From assembly GCF_009914755.1 (NCBI RefSeq), contig NC_060933.1: 64,000 nucleotides of DNA; one strand, given 5' to 3'. Source of the DNA: the human T2T-CHM13v2.0 reference genome, Homo sapiens. Under the pieces are notes generated by a model. That model was not told where the DNA came from, searched no databases, and saw only the letters and a list, made by a program, of their open reading frames with translations. Positions 32,617 through 48,321 of the stretch are shown here, piece after piece (the stretch's first letter is position 1; each line of letters starts with the position of its first letter). A program made the position numbers and the translations under genes.

Positions 32617-32936
32617 TTGGCCCTCTGTAGCCATGGGTTCTGCATCTGTGGATTCAACCAACCTCAGGCAAAAAAAAAAAATGGATGGTTGTGTCTGTAA
32701 CTGAAACACGTAGACTTTTTTCTTGTCAATATTCCCTAAGTAAGATGGTATAGCACCTATTTATATAGCATTTCCACTGTATTAGGTATTGTAAGTAATC
32801 TAGAGATAATTTAAAGCATATGGGAGGGTGCATAGGTTATCTGCAAGTACTATGCCATTTTGCATCAGGGACTTGAGCATCTGTGGATTTTGGTATCCAC
32901 TGGGGGTCCCAAAAATCAATCTCCCTTGGATACTGT
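32617..32936 (-). mobile_element. MER2 (TcMar-Tigger) non-autonomous element
   Basis: Reverse complement matches the recalled MER2 text GATACCAAAATCCACAGATGCTCAAGTCCCTGAT...TCTCTAGATTACTTA. Confidence 0.8.
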
Positions 32937-33680
32937 AGTTTTTCACAGCTTCACTTTTGAAATCAAGGTGCGTTTTATAATCCACCTGCTAATGTATTTT
33001 CTCCTTTGTTTCCTGAGAAACATTAAATCGATAACGCCTTACATGTCTTATATGTGTTGGTGTCTTAGTGTCAAAAAAAAACCCCAAGGTAATTGGTTAT
33101 CACCCAGATTCATAGAGAGACGTGTTAATGATACTCGTGGGAACAGAGACCCTATCGTGGCCATCTCCAGGTGGCGCTCCCACTCACACAGCGGTACCAT
33201 GCCACCTAACAGGGCCTGCCAGGCTGGAAAATTCTTGGAGAGGGCCTTGATCTTGCTTTTGCCTAGATCGTCCTCTCTTTTCCCCTCCCCCAAGCCAGTG
33301 ATACCTTCTCAAGAACGTGGCGATAGCCTGGAATCCTGCCAAACAGCTCTGGAGTAAGTGCCATCTGTGTTGTCAACTCAGAGAGAGTAAGTGCTGCTGA
33401 TGGATCCAGGCAGAGCCCTCGGAGGGAAGCCAATGCAGAGCTTGAGAGTCTTTACTAACAGCCGACATGAGCCAAGCACTAACTACGCGCCAAGCTATAT
33501 CACCACCAGGGGCTAGAGCTCAACTAGACATTTAGGCTCCCAGGGACTTCCATCGGCCCCTGATGGGAATGGGAGCTTGCCAGGGGACAGCAGGGGCCCA
33601 GTACAGCTGAAAGGCCCAGGTCCAAGATGACTGGGTCCCCATCCAGAGGTGCAGGATCTGCCCTGGATTAAAAGCTTCAT

Positions 33681-34180
33681 GGGCTGGGCATGGTGGCTCC
33701 CACCTGTAATCCCAACACTTTGGGAGGCTGAGGCGGGAGGATTCCTTGAGCCCAGGAGTTTGAGGCTGCAGTGAGCCATGATCACACCACTGCACTCCAG
33801 CCTGGATAACAGAGCAAAACCCTATCTCTATTTAAAAAACAAAACAAACAAACAAACAAAAACAACGGGGCGGGGGGCAGGCATGGTGGCTCACGCCTGT
33901 AATCCCAGCACTTTGGGAGGCTGAGGCTGGCAGATCACTTGACATCAGGAGTTTGAGACCAGCCTAGCCAACATAGTGAAACCCTGTCTCTACTAAAAAT
34001 ATAACAATTAGCCAGGTGTGGTGGTACATGCCTGTAGCCCCAGCTACTCAGGATGCTGAGGCAGGAGAATCACTTGAACCCAGCAGACGGAGGCTGCAGT
34101 GAGCCGAGATCACACCATTGCACTTCAGCCTGGGTGACAGAGCGAGACTCCGTCTCAAATAAATAAATAAATAAATAAAA
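33681..34180 (+). mobile_element. Alu monomer (33681-33865) followed by AluS (33876-34180)
   Basis: Alu similarity with (CAAA)n and (TAAA)n tails. Confidence 0.9.
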
Positions 34181-34229
34181 ATTTAAAAAAGATATTTAAG
34201 ATTAAATTATGTAATTATATAAACATTGA

Positions 34230-34911
34230 AAAAACTGTGGTAAAGTACACATAACATTTGCCATCTTAATCATTTTAAAGTGATTACCACTTATTACCAC
34301 TTCAGTGGTAATAAGTAACATTCATAATGTGCCATCATCACCAGCAGCCATCTCCATAACTTTTCTACCTTGCAAAACTGAAATAGTCCCCATTCCTCCC
34401 TCCTTCCAGCCCCTGGCAGCCACCTCAGCGCCTTTCGGTTGCTATAATTTTGTCTAGCGTAGGCACCTCACGGTCTAGTGGAATCATATGGTACTTGTCT
34501 TTTTGTGACTAGCTTATTTTACTTAGCATAATGTCCTCAAGGTTCATCCACACTGGAACATGTCAGAATGTCCTTCCTTTTTAAGGCTGAATAATATTCC
34601 ATGTATGAACAGCCCACGTTTTCTTTATCCATTCACCCATCAGTGGACACCTGGGTCACTTCCATCTTTTGGCTGTTGTGAATGATGCTGCTACAGAGAT
34701 GGTACACAAAGGTCTCCTCGAGTCCCTGCTTTCCCTTCTTTTGCGTACACACCCATAGGTATATACTTTGCTGGATCATGTGGTAGTTCTATTTTTAGTT
34801 TTTTGGCGAGCTGCCATACTGTTTTCCACAGTGGCTGCACCATTTTACAGTCCTGCCAACAGCGCACAAGTGTTCAGATTCCCCCACATTCTCCACAACA
34901 CTTATTTTCTG
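34230..34911 (-). mobile_element. L1M (L1MA/MB-type) 3' region; resumes at 36009-36070 and 36586-36722
   Basis: GTGACTAGCTTATTTTACTTAGCATAATGTCCTCAAGGTTCATCC...GGCTGCACCATTTTACA. The colinear continuation CAGCCATCCTCATGGGTGTGAG appears after the insert. Confidence 0.85.
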
Positions 34912-35276
34912 TGGGGTGTTTTTGTTGTGGTGGCAGTGATTGTTGCTGTGGAAAGAGTTTGACTGCTTTATTATATTTTGCCATTAATATTTTATAAAAA
35001 GTAGTGAAAATGAGAAAATGGAATAGTTGATACCAGTGAAAAACACAGGTTTCATAAAATACTACTGCCGAGAGAAGACAGAGGTGAGTGGCCATGCCAA
35101 AGCTGTAGATCTTCATCCTCACTCAGGTAACTCATCGGACTGTGTGAGTGTCTGGCTGACAGTGTATTGTTAAGATACAGGTTTGATATTCAATTTTCAG
35201 ACATGCTTTCAGGAAGGCCATATACACATACGAAGTAGCAGACTGCCCATAGGGTTCATGGGAAAAAAGTCCACTC

Positions 35277-35670
<394 letters not shown>

Positions 35671-35877
35671 CTACAGCAACTCTGATGGATGAAATGAGTT
35701 CTGACCAGCAATACTGAAATCTGCCACAGGAAATGTCAAGGTCCCCCCTAAAGATCTTGTGATTCTGTTCTCCCTTGTTGCAGAAAGACGGCCTCATCCT
35801 CCCAAGAGACACACAGATATTGGCAAACCCTGTTTAAAAACAGCAGCCACAGTCTGTTAATTCCATCTGCCTTGTGC

Positions 35878-36008
35878 TTACCCATTTATCATAAAGGATA
35901 TTACAAAGGACACAGATGAAGAGCTGCACTGGGCAGGGCCTGTGAGAAGGGGCACGGAGCCTCCACATCCTCCCCAGCTGTGCTACCTGTTCAGCTATCT
36001 GCAAGCTC
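35878..36008. mobile_element. MER21-like LTR fragment
   Basis: ATAAAGGATATTACAAAGGACACAGATGAAGAG...GAAGGGGCACGGAGC. Confidence 0.6.
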
Positions 36009-36067
36009 TATTTTCTGAGTTTTTGAAAACAGCCATCCTCATGGGTGTGAGCTGGTATCTCCCTGTG

Positions 36068-36129
36068 GTAGGTAGGTATGTACTTAGGTATGTATGTATG
36101 TACGTATATATATGTATGTATGAATGAAT
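36068..36129. repeat. (TAGG)n/(TATG)n compound microsatellite, probably the decayed tail of the 7SL copy
   Basis: GTAGGTAGGTATGTACTTAGGTATGTATGTATG. Confidence 0.75.
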
Positions 36130-36430
36130 GAGATGGGGGTCTCACTATTTTGCCCAGGCTGTAGTGCAGTGGCTGTTCACAGGTGTGATCCCAGGGCTGA
36201 TCAGCACAGGAGTTTTGACCTGCTCCACTTCTACTCTGTGCCAGTTCACCCCTTGTTAAGCAACGTGGTAGTCCCAGAGGTTAACATATTGATGCTGAAC
36301 TTAGTACAGACACCAGGTAGGCATGGTGCACTACAGCCCAGAACTCCTGGGCTCAAGCAATCCCCCTGCTTCAGTCCCCTCCTTAGTCCCTAAGTAGCTG
36401 GGACTACAGGCGCACACCACCATGCTCAGC
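36130..36430 (-). pseudogene. 7SL (SRP RNA, RN7SL) pseudogene, near full length
   Basis: Contains the S-domain that Alu lacks (plus-strand CTGATCAGCACAGGAGTTTTGACCTGCTCC...CATATTGATGCTGAACTTAGT) between the Alu-domain ends. Confidence 0.92.
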
Positions 36431-36442
36431 TAATTTTCTTTT

Positions 36443-37021
<579 letters not shown>

Positions 37022-37307
37022 AAAATTGGGTTGTTTTTTGTTGGTCCTGTGCCATCTTTGTCTATTTCTAGCAAACAGACAGATAGTCAGCCAAGGTCAA
37101 ATTCTCACGCAGATAAGCAGTTATTATGTCAATGCAATAGAATACTACTCAGCAATAAAAAGGAATGAACCAGTGATAAAAAGGACAACTTGACGAGTCT
37201 CAAAGTCAGTACAGAGTAAAAGGCCGATTACACACTTTATGGTTGTACTTACACGGTATTCTGGAAAATGCAAATCTATAGGTATAGATAAAAAACAGAT
37301 CAATGCT

Positions 37308-37941
<634 letters not shown>

Positions 37942-40831
37942 AACTGTATATCCCCAAAACATCAATTTTACTATACATAATTTTTTTTTAAACCTCACCC
38001 ATAAGGGGAAGGTTCCCCCTTTTATCCATGCAGGTATTCCACCCAGCAGCTTACAAGCCCCATTTCACAAAATCCTTACCAAATTCTGGGAATGCATAAT
38101 TACTGTTACTAGGGCTCAGATCTGACTGAACTAAGTCCTGATTGTTTCAGACAACAAAAATTCTATTTGATCTTTCCAAGACCCCGGGTATTTGCGAATT
38201 CTCACTTATCATATAGTAGTGGGAATTTACGGCTTGGCAGAAACATGTCCACACATAATGAATCTTTCTCCCTGGGGACAAGGTCCACAGAGTTTCCATC
38301 AGACTCCTGGGAGACCTATGATCTTAAAAAGCTCAGGAACCTCTGTTCCAGTTCAAGGCCCTCCAATTATAGAGTGGGGTTCAGAGGCCCAGGAAGGAAT
38401 CCTGGCTTGCCCCAGAGGACATGGTGTGTCTGTGGCAGTGCTAAGCTGGTTCCCTCTTCATCGCCCAAAGATGCCACAGGTCCAGGCATTTCTGGTGATC
38501 ATGACTCACACGCTCCCCATGACTTTAGCCTACAGAATTTCCTCAGCAGTACGTGCATTTCTCCTGCCAAGCTGAGGCCAGGGAACTCCGCACCCCTGCA
38601 GCACAGGCAGTCCCTAGCCCGAGTCCCTGTAATCCAGGTCCCTAGCCCAATTCTTACTTGTCAAATATAAAAGCTTCATTCTACAACCTTGCATATTTAG
38701 GGTAATTAATAGAGAAAGCTCCTCATGAACAGAAAAAAACAAGGACAGATCATGCAGAAAAGCATGCTTTTGATCTATGCCTTTGGTCTTCTGATGAGCT
38801 CAGAGAATTAATATTTGCAAGGCACTCTTGACAAGCTGAGGCAGAAGCACAAATTAGTGTGGTTATGCTAATTGAGAGGTTCTGTAGCTCCAGGACCAAA
38901 TGATTACAGAAAGTGAAAAGGGTTGACTGGGCTTTGGTCTCTCTGCAAATAGCACTGTGCTTCATGCTAGCTGCACTGACAAATTTGCAAGGAGACTACA
39001 CACATTTACTTTCACATACCCGAAATTCCCAGTGGAGCAGGGGTTAAGGAAGACTCAGAACACCAAAACAGCATTTCTGAATTTATCTTTACTGTGAAAG
39101 TTAATCAAGAAAGAAAAATAAAGGGTATGAAATCCCCCTTCTTGCAGTGCTCAATGCAACTTGTAAGTTACTTTGTACACGAGGACCTTGAATGTCTTGT
39201 GGTTTTTAACTGTCACAAATGCAACACTCTGTGATCATTTCACCTCCAGAGCTGAACGAAGATGATTTAATTAATCCCCGAAAGTCACCCCGCAAGGAGA
39301 AACTGGGGAGGTGTCCCTTGAGACAGGGCAAAAAATATACCTGTTGGTGTATCAGCCCTGCTGTGGCTCTGACATATACCACAGCCTGCAAGCACAGGCC
39401 CATTCCTTCCAGACAGACTCAAATTAAAATCAGGGCCTCCTGGTCTGCCTGCATGCACTGGGATATGTGTAGCTGAAATGAATTGCCCTCTACTCTTCCT
39501 ACGAGTGATCACTTCAAAAGTTTATTACTTAATTGTAAAAACCTACTCCCTGGACTTCAGCTTTCTTAGAGAGAGAAAGAGAAAGAACAAACCAGCCTAA
39601 AAGGAAATACCTCAATAGTCAGGGACCTCCCCTTCTCTGTGAGTGCTGAGGTTTGAATTTTAGTTACCAGATTACCATTTTTAAAGAAATGGTCACTTTA
39701 GAGTAGAAGGCGACCTGAAGTAAGAACAAAAGCTAAGATTTATCGAGCACTTCTTATGTGTCCAGACTCTGATTAAATGCTTATGTACATCATCTCGTTT
39801 AATTCTCCCTCAATACCATAAGGTAGGTACTGTTAGGATTTTCCCCATTTTACAGATAAGGAAAAACTGAGAGTTAGACAAGACAGAGTGACATGCCCAA
39901 GATCCCACAACAATGACACAGGAGGGCTGGTATCTAAAGCCACAGCTAGAGGACCTGAAGCACATGCTCTCAGACACTGTTCTGTACTGGCTCACTGCAC
40001 AGATGGAAAGACAGGGTTGGGGAGGGGCACTGATCCAGTGCATCAGTGCAGGCCCAGGGGCCATGAGGCAGGTCTCCCACCTCTCAGCTCAGGCTCATGC
40101 TGCCTCTAACACGGATGAGGGTGTGAGAGCCAAGATCAAAAGTCTCCTGTACACAACGCAGGTGGTGGCTGACTGTCAGTTCCCCAAGGGCACTGACGCC
40201 TCAGCCCTCTCAGTACCCTCTCCTCCCCTGGCAGGCTGCTTGACACTCAGTGACAGCCAGTGTTGGGTGGGTGGGTGGGTGGAACTACTTTAACTCGTAA
40301 GGGCCACTTCCTACCGTTGTGCCATCTGTGAAAGGTTTCTCCAAAGCAGATTCTCATGCAATATTTTCAGCAAATGTACTTTTTAAGCCACTTCAATAAT
40401 GGAGAAACCAGGGGCTTCTTCATAAATCTGTAGGCAGATGTGGTGCCACCTTAACAGTCCTACAGAGAGGCTGGAAAGCCCCGGGGGAACCCCAGAGTAC
40501 ATTCCAACCCAAGGCAGTGGTGGTGCCGGCAAGTCAGCCCTAGACCCCAGGAAGGGGAGAGAAGTGAAACTCCAGTTCTCAGCAATACACAACCCACCCC
40601 TGGCGAGTCACTTCCCTCTTGCTGCCTCCCTTTCCTCAACTGTCAAATGGGCACAATACCTGCCATTGCTGACTCTTTATAAGAACAGAATTAATTAAAT
40701 CACACACACACGTCTGAAGGTAAAGCTCCTAGCATCGTTCCCGGCACACAGGAAATAATAAATGTGAGCTGCCATCATCCTCATCTGGGAAAAATCTTGG
40801 GCAACTCCATACTTATGATAAGAAACAAATT

Positions 40832-41141
<310 letters not shown>

Positions 41142-41316
41142 TTAACAAAGCCCAAAACAACAAAGAAACTAATGTGTACAAAAATGTTTCAAAAGCTATT
41201 TTGATGATTAGTTAAGTGCTATCCAACATTTACTGCCATTAAAAATCATCAACAAAACAAGCCTCAATAAGTCCACCCCACATACTGCAGTCTAGACTCC
41301 CAAAGAACCAGGCTTA

Positions 41317-41670
<354 letters not shown>

Positions 41671-43322
41671 TTATCCACCCTACCAAATTACAACAAAGGC
41701 ACCTGAGGCTCAGGAGATTAAGCAATTTGCCCACGGTCACCCAGCCAGAAGCAAGGCTTCCGCAGCCCCCTGTGAGCTCCAGCAGGACAGTCAGGAGGAG
41801 AGCTGTCTTCTGAAGGAACCCTCAGGATGATGGGGTGTCCTGTTAGTGCAGCAGCTGCCTCTGTGGCAGAGGGGTCCCTGGAAACATGAAGGCTCATTTT
41901 CACCCAAGTCACACAGCCAAGAGAATAATATCAGAATCAATAAAAATATAGATGCATGGGGAATAGTCAGATGGGCTTTAGTCCTAACTTTGCCCCAACT
42001 CAGTATATGACTATGTGCAAATGTTAACTCTTTCAGGTCTCAAAGAAAAGCTCTGTGTCTTAGTCTCCTCCTCTGTAGGATGAGAACAGTTAACAGTACC
42101 TTTCTCCTATTGTAAGGATTAAATGCAACCACAAGTGTAAAATATACAGAAGCGAGCCTGGTACAGCACGTGGTAAGTGCCTAATGAACATCAGCTACTA
42201 CTATTATTTGTATTTATTATTGAAAGGAGGGGTTGAGAGTAGCCAATTCCATGACTCATGAACAATCATCCATCTATTTATTCAGAACCATCACTTGAAG
42301 GAGGATGGGCGCATGTGATAACCAGCAAATAAATACAACCACTGTTTCCAACCAGGGGTTTTGTTTGTTTGCTCGTTTGGGGTCAGCTAAGTGGCTATTT
42401 AACACGGTCACATTCCACTGGATGTCAGCTGTCCTCTCTTCTCATTCCATGTCCTTCCTTCTCTCAGTTACTGTCAGTGTCACACTCCTGCTCCGTTTTT
42501 AACAATACAGTGTGTGGCTGGGAATCGCATCTGTCAGGTCCACATCAGTGGCACAAATTTTAAAAGCTATAGAGCAAATGCCTGAAATCCGCCCCTCTGA
42601 ACCCAGCCCTGGGCAAACCACACAGCATCCTGTGCTCAGTGCTCCATTTCTACGCTTTAAAAGCACTGCAGAATCGCCTGATCACAAAACTTAATATGCA
42701 GTAAAGTCACTGTGTGGTTTGGGCAAGCCAGTGAAAAGCAAAGAGAAAGCTGCTGCTAAGGGACTGTGGGGACAGAAGTCTAAGCTGTTACAGGAGTCGT
42801 GGTGTTCCGGGAAGCAGCAGTCCAGACTGCAGGGTGGGACTTGGGTTCAGAGAATTGTCACCTGTCTTTCAAACTACAGCCTGGGAGAAGAAAGTGGGAG
42901 AAAGGAATTGTGACCAGCAGACAGCAGATTTCTAATAAATTCAGATGAACCTCCCCCCCTGTACCTTAGCTCACAGAGGAGGGGGAAGTAGCAAGAAAAT
43001 ACTGCCCATGCCTCTTGACAAAGAAGGAAGGGGGTGCCAGAGGCACACCAACAGCCTGCACCCCAGCCCTAGACAGCACACGCTGCACAGTCATCCTGGG
43101 AAAAGAGAGTAATGCTGCAGGAAGCCAGTCCTAAATCACATTCAAAGGCCAACTGAAAAAAAAAAAATAACAAGTAGGGACAGGGATTCCTGGGATGGTG
43201 CTCATTATGGGTGTCAGGCTGAGTAGAGTTGGCACAGGCCTTGGTTTGTAAACACAGGGCAGAACGAGCATTGCCTAAGAGCGCTTTGCTCCTGCACATC
43301 CCAAAGAACCAGGCAGTCACTA

Positions 43323-43403
43323 CAAGTGGAAGCTCAAAGAACATGCACTCAAGTGGAAGCTCAAAGAACGTGCACTCAAGTGGAAGCTCAAAGAACGTGC
43401 ACT
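43323..43403. repeat. 27-bp minisatellite, 3 copies: CAAGTGGAAGCTCAAAGAACRTGCACT
   Basis: Units at 43323, 43350 and 43377, with a single A/G difference. Confidence 0.97.
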
Positions 43404-44145
43404 GACCAATGGATGCGGCATCAGAACCGAGTGGCGGCTCAGCCTTCACGGTGTCCTGGCGTTCTCCCAATGGTGTTCTGGGAATTTGATCCTAACCTCA
43501 TCATTAGTGTTCAGAGGACTACAGGAAAACACAGAACCCCCAACTAACTGCACACCACTGATCAGATATTGGTCCTACTAATGTACCAAGAAACATCCTA
43601 ATTGGCAAGGCAATTTGAAACCACAATAAGCTACGTCTAAAGATAATTTGAGACTTGGAACCAGAAACTAAAATTCATTCTATGATAATATTAACTAAAT
43701 TCACTCATTCTTTTAGTAAGTATTTACTGAGCACCTATTGCGTTCAAGGCACCGTAATGGCACCGCAGTGGTAGACACACTCCCTCACGGAGCTAATCAT
43801 CTGTTTAACATTTCACTTGTTGATTTTTTAACTTGCAGAAAGGAAACTGGGGCTTTGATTTTGAATGAGTGAAACATCATTCTACTCAAGCATTGATCTG
43901 GGGCATTTCCATGGAATTTACTATATGTTAGAGGAAGAGAAGGCACAAAGAGCCCAGAGGAAGTTGATTTTGGTAGAGGCAGCTGTGAGAGCATCGAGGA
44001 AGTGGGTTTTCACATTGTGTTTGGGGTGGAGGGTCCAAGGAGGAGCCTCGGCCACAGCTAAGCAGGAAGGACTGCATTCAAAGAGGCTTCCCCATTAGTG
44101 GTTACCTAATGGCCTTCTTATGTATAAAAAAGGGCCTGCAGTCAC

Positions 44146-44270
44146 GCATGCGGGGCTTCAAACCTAGATGACGGGTTGATAGGTGCAGCAAACCGCCACG
44201 GCACATGTATACCTATGTAACAAACCTGAACGTTCAGCACATGTATTCCAGAACTTAAAATTTAAAAAAG
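44146..44270 (+). mobile_element. Short L1PA 3' end fragment
   Basis: GCATGCGGGGCTT..AACCTAGATGACGGGTTGATAGGTGCAGCAAACC...CCAGAACTTAAA. Confidence 0.88.
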
Positions 44271-47200
44271 CCGGGGCGGGGGCGGGGGGGGGGTGGTGCG
44301 GGGTTGGCGGGGGCAGTGGCTACAGCTTAAAAACACAAACAGAGGAGCGCTCCTTTTGAGTCCCACTCCTTCCTGGCACTGATGGGGAAAATAAGCCCCA
44401 GGAAAGGGTAAGAATCACCCAAGGACACAACTAAGATGTTCTCAAACAGATGACCAGAAACTAAGATGACTGGCCTGCTGGATGACAGATCCCTTAATAA
44501 TTCACAAACGGTGGGTTTTATTTATTTACTCATAAAACAGCCTTTGGGGCAAGACGGGTGACGAGTCAGAGGAACACCTGTCCCGGCGGCGAGGCGGCCG
44601 CGGGGTGGGGCAGGCGGTGGGTTGTCAGGCCTCTCCTCTTTCCAGAGCGTGATCTTATCCTGGCCATGGGGAACACGCTCAGCTGGCCTGAGGTAAGACC
44701 CAGCCTGGCACTCAAGGCAATCTCCAATCCGGGCTACTTTGGGAGACATTTTTCTGCAAGCTCACACATGACTCATCTCTACAGACCTCCTATAAGGTCT
44801 CTTGGCTACAAGGAATCCCATTCAAACCGCCTCTGCCAACAGCTGCTCTGGAGACCAGGAAACATTTGGGGTTGCTGTGGTTGATTTTTCTAAAAACACA
44901 CTTAGCTGGCATTAGTGCTATTTCTTATCTCTCTACAGCACTGTTAATGTGATTAGTATTACGAGTATCAGACGCAGTCTAAAGACTGTAGTGAGCCTCC
45001 CTTAATTTCATTGGTAGATCTTTTTTTTCAAAGATCAGAAAAGAGATTGAGAAGCCTGAAGAATTAAGATGGAAAGCTGTGTCCCCAGCAACCAGGGAGG
45101 CTCTAACCAGTGCTCTATAAAGGCAAGAAAGGGGGCCGGTTCCCCATTCCACTTCTCCAGGGCATGACCTTGGGCAAACAACCAAATTTCCCTGGGCCTT
45201 AGCTGCCCTGAGGGGCAAAAGAGGGATACTCCGCCCTGCCCTCACCCCCTGGGCTGTTGTGAGGATGAAATGAAATGAGGTAGTCTATAAATGCATTCTG
45301 AAAACCACAGGAAATTGCAGAGATGTTCAAGATCGTTCTGATTCTACCCCTGGACTGTGGCCTCCAGGGACAGGTTCCTGCTGGCTCCTTGCCACGAGGC
45401 ATCACTTGGTGTTTGCCAACAAGGAGGCACTCAGTAAGTGTTAAAACGGGTGAGTGAAAGGAGGCAGAGCAGGTGCCATCAAAATGTCTCATTGCTTGAC
45501 TGAGTATACTTTGACGACAAAAATTCCTAACTATGGAGGAAAAAGGAAGTACAAATTTGACGAGTTTAAAATTGATCGAAATACAATGACTGCCAATCTA
45601 AGAGGACCTCTTTCTCAGGCCACAAAAATGAGTAGCCCTACATCATAGGGCCTGTACTCTTAGTATCTGTTCTGAGAAAATATATCATGACAAAAATGTG
45701 ACCATGAAATGCAGTCATTATAAATTTCTTTTCGATTTACAATAAAAGCATCTTCACACATTTGAAACCGTAGCACACTGAGCGTGAGACACCTATTTAT
45801 TCCATCTTCAGGCAGCGTGCTGGGCAAGCCTGTGGCCACTTTAGCAGGCCCAGTGAACTGCTCCAAGGTGACAGGAGCTACAGCGCTGGCAGGAGGGTCT
45901 GGTAAATGATGAAACTCCCAGCCAGCCTGTGGTTCGCTGGGAGCACAGAGAGGAAGGAAAGGGACTTTAAAAACATACATACAAAACTGCTTAACTTATG
46001 GCCAGCCCAGTTAGAAGGTATGGCCCAGGAGGCCGGGATCTTTGCTGTGTCCCAAGAACAAGAACAACTCCAGGCCCTCAGGAGGTTGCTCCGTGAGGCA
46101 GGCGATGAGTGAAGCCACTGAAGGAAGGAAGAAAGGAATGAGTGACTGAAACTGACACATGCAGTCCAAGGACCTTCTTCCCTTCAGCTGAGGAGGCCTT
46201 GGTCTGCTCCCACCCCAGGAGACTGGTCCCCTACCCCACTGCCTGTGCCCAGCTAAGTGGACCCATCCTCCGCCTCTCACCTTAAGTCCCATTTTGTCAC
46301 AGGAGCACAGGAGTTTCCTGACCATCCCTCCCCACTGCAAGTCTGATCTCTTGCCACCTTCCTGCTCACCCTGTGACACACAGAGGATGCCTGTATTCAG
46401 GGCAGGCAGCACGACATCTGCTGAGTTCACCACTGAGTCCCCAGAGCCTTGTACGGAGCCTGATGGAGCCGGTGCTCAATCCCTGATGAATGAGGGATGG
46501 AGTAATGAGTCAATGAAGGGATGGGGCAAAGGTTTCAAAGTCCAGACAAAAACAAACAAACATGAATCATTTCTCCGAGGAGGGGATGCAAACGCAAATG
46601 TCAAAAGTCCAAGTGGGCCGTCGGAGGTGTGGCTGGCTGTGGGAGTGGTGAGGGGCTCTGTGGGAGTGTCCGCCACCTGACTCCTGCCCATAGCTGCCTT
46701 GTAGGCAGGAACAAGCGCTCAGAGTTACCAGAGATTCTCATTTTTCAAGGAAATCAGGAACCAGGCTTTTGAGATTTTTGAGTGACTTCCTGATTTTTCA
46801 ATATTGACCATCAATTCTTTTGTTTTTTTCCTCAAGAACACGTGCGGATCCAACCCAACATATCTGTGGACTGAATCCAGCCCGCAGCTGCCAGTCTGTG
46901 CTTAAGCTCCAAAAACATGACGGTATCAACTCTCCTCGCTCAATGTCTTTATTGGAAGATATATGAGCAAAAAGAACCACAGTAACTGCTTGCACAACCA
47001 GAACCATGTTCATTTGTTCTCCAAAGCAGCCTCTAAACAGCTGCATACATCTCCCATCAGTCTTCCAGAACAAGTCCCTCTGAGCTCCTAGGGAAGAGCC
47101 TCTTCTCCTCTGCAGGCCTGCCCACAAGCTCACCCTGGGAGCTCCCTAATCTGTCCGGCTCTCTTCTACTCCCTACCTCCTCGTCATCTCTAGAAGCACT

Positions 47201-48321
47201 GTAGAGTTTAGAAAGCCTCCCCTGCATCCCAGCTTGTTCCTGGCCCTCCAAATTCAACCTTTCTCCACCAGGCCTCACTTGACAGGCCCCCACCAGCCCA
47301 GCAAGTTGTCCCTGTGCCACCCTCTGGCCCAGACTGTCTTGATTCCCCATGGCACTTGGGACCCCCAAATGTGAGGCCTATGACCTTGTGTATTCTCTGA
47401 GGATATACATAGGTATGGATGAACCCCTCAAGGCCCTGCCCCAGCCAGGCACTGCTGCATGAGAAAGAAAATGTCCCAAAGAACAGCAATGACTCAAAAG
47501 ATCTCCCCCAGGGGTTAAGGAGAGTCCTGCACACCAAGGAGGTATCAGGCAATGCAAGGGGGCGGGATGAGGAACAGGCCAGAGCTGCACACTATGCGGG
47601 ATGTGAAGGGGTTTCCTGTTTACCCAAAAAACCCTGGATGCCTTAAGCACTGAGAACTAAAAACGCTGGTTCTTCTACTTTCAGGGAGAGGAGATTATGA
47701 ACATATTTAAGCAACGTTTCTGTTGCTTTGAGATAACAAAACAGCAAAACTCCAATCACAACAATTGTTTGCCTGGTGTCAGGCTCTGCCACCACTTCAC
47801 CTAAGGGCCTCTCCTCTGAATCAAATACTCCTCTGGAGACTGAATAGTGGGAAGTCCATTAAAAAAACTCCAACAGAAATCTAACAAAATGTCGTCTAAA
47901 TGCAAAGGGAAGTTCACTGAGAATAGCCAGCAGAGACCACCAGGAAAGGTCATCCTCACTCCAGGCGCGCCCCAGTCTTCCTTGGCAGTTGTAATCTTTC
48001 ACTATGATTCCTATGAACTGCAGCAAAAGACCTTCTGCAAGGAGGCTGGACTTCCAGCCAGCTCCACATCTGCAATCCCCAATCTGCAGGCGAGGTCCTG
48101 ACCCTGGTCTTGCCAATCTCAGAACTCTTACTTTTTCTGCTTCTCACAAAATGCATCTTCCTCCCACACTTTCCGCAGCTCCTGGTCAGCCCCTTCCCCT
48201 CTCTCCTCTTTCTCCCTGTCTCCACCAGGTATATATCTCAGCCCTCTCTTCAGAGCCTAGCACAAACACTGTCCCCTCCAGTGTCTTCCTCATTCCCGCA
48301 CTCATGACACCCCTCTCTCAC

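Noticed and set aside
35085-35135. LSEDEDLQL resembles the DNAJB2 ubiquitin-interacting motif
   Set aside because: Flanking residues and base composition do not fit that gene, so the parent of the retro-insert is left unassigned.
36130-36430. Functional SRP RNA gene
   Set aside because: Many substitutions and indels plus a retroposition-type tail indicate a pseudogene.
43323-43403. 27-bp direct repeats as a CRISPR array
   Set aside because: Head-to-tail units with no spacers, in eukaryotic DNA.
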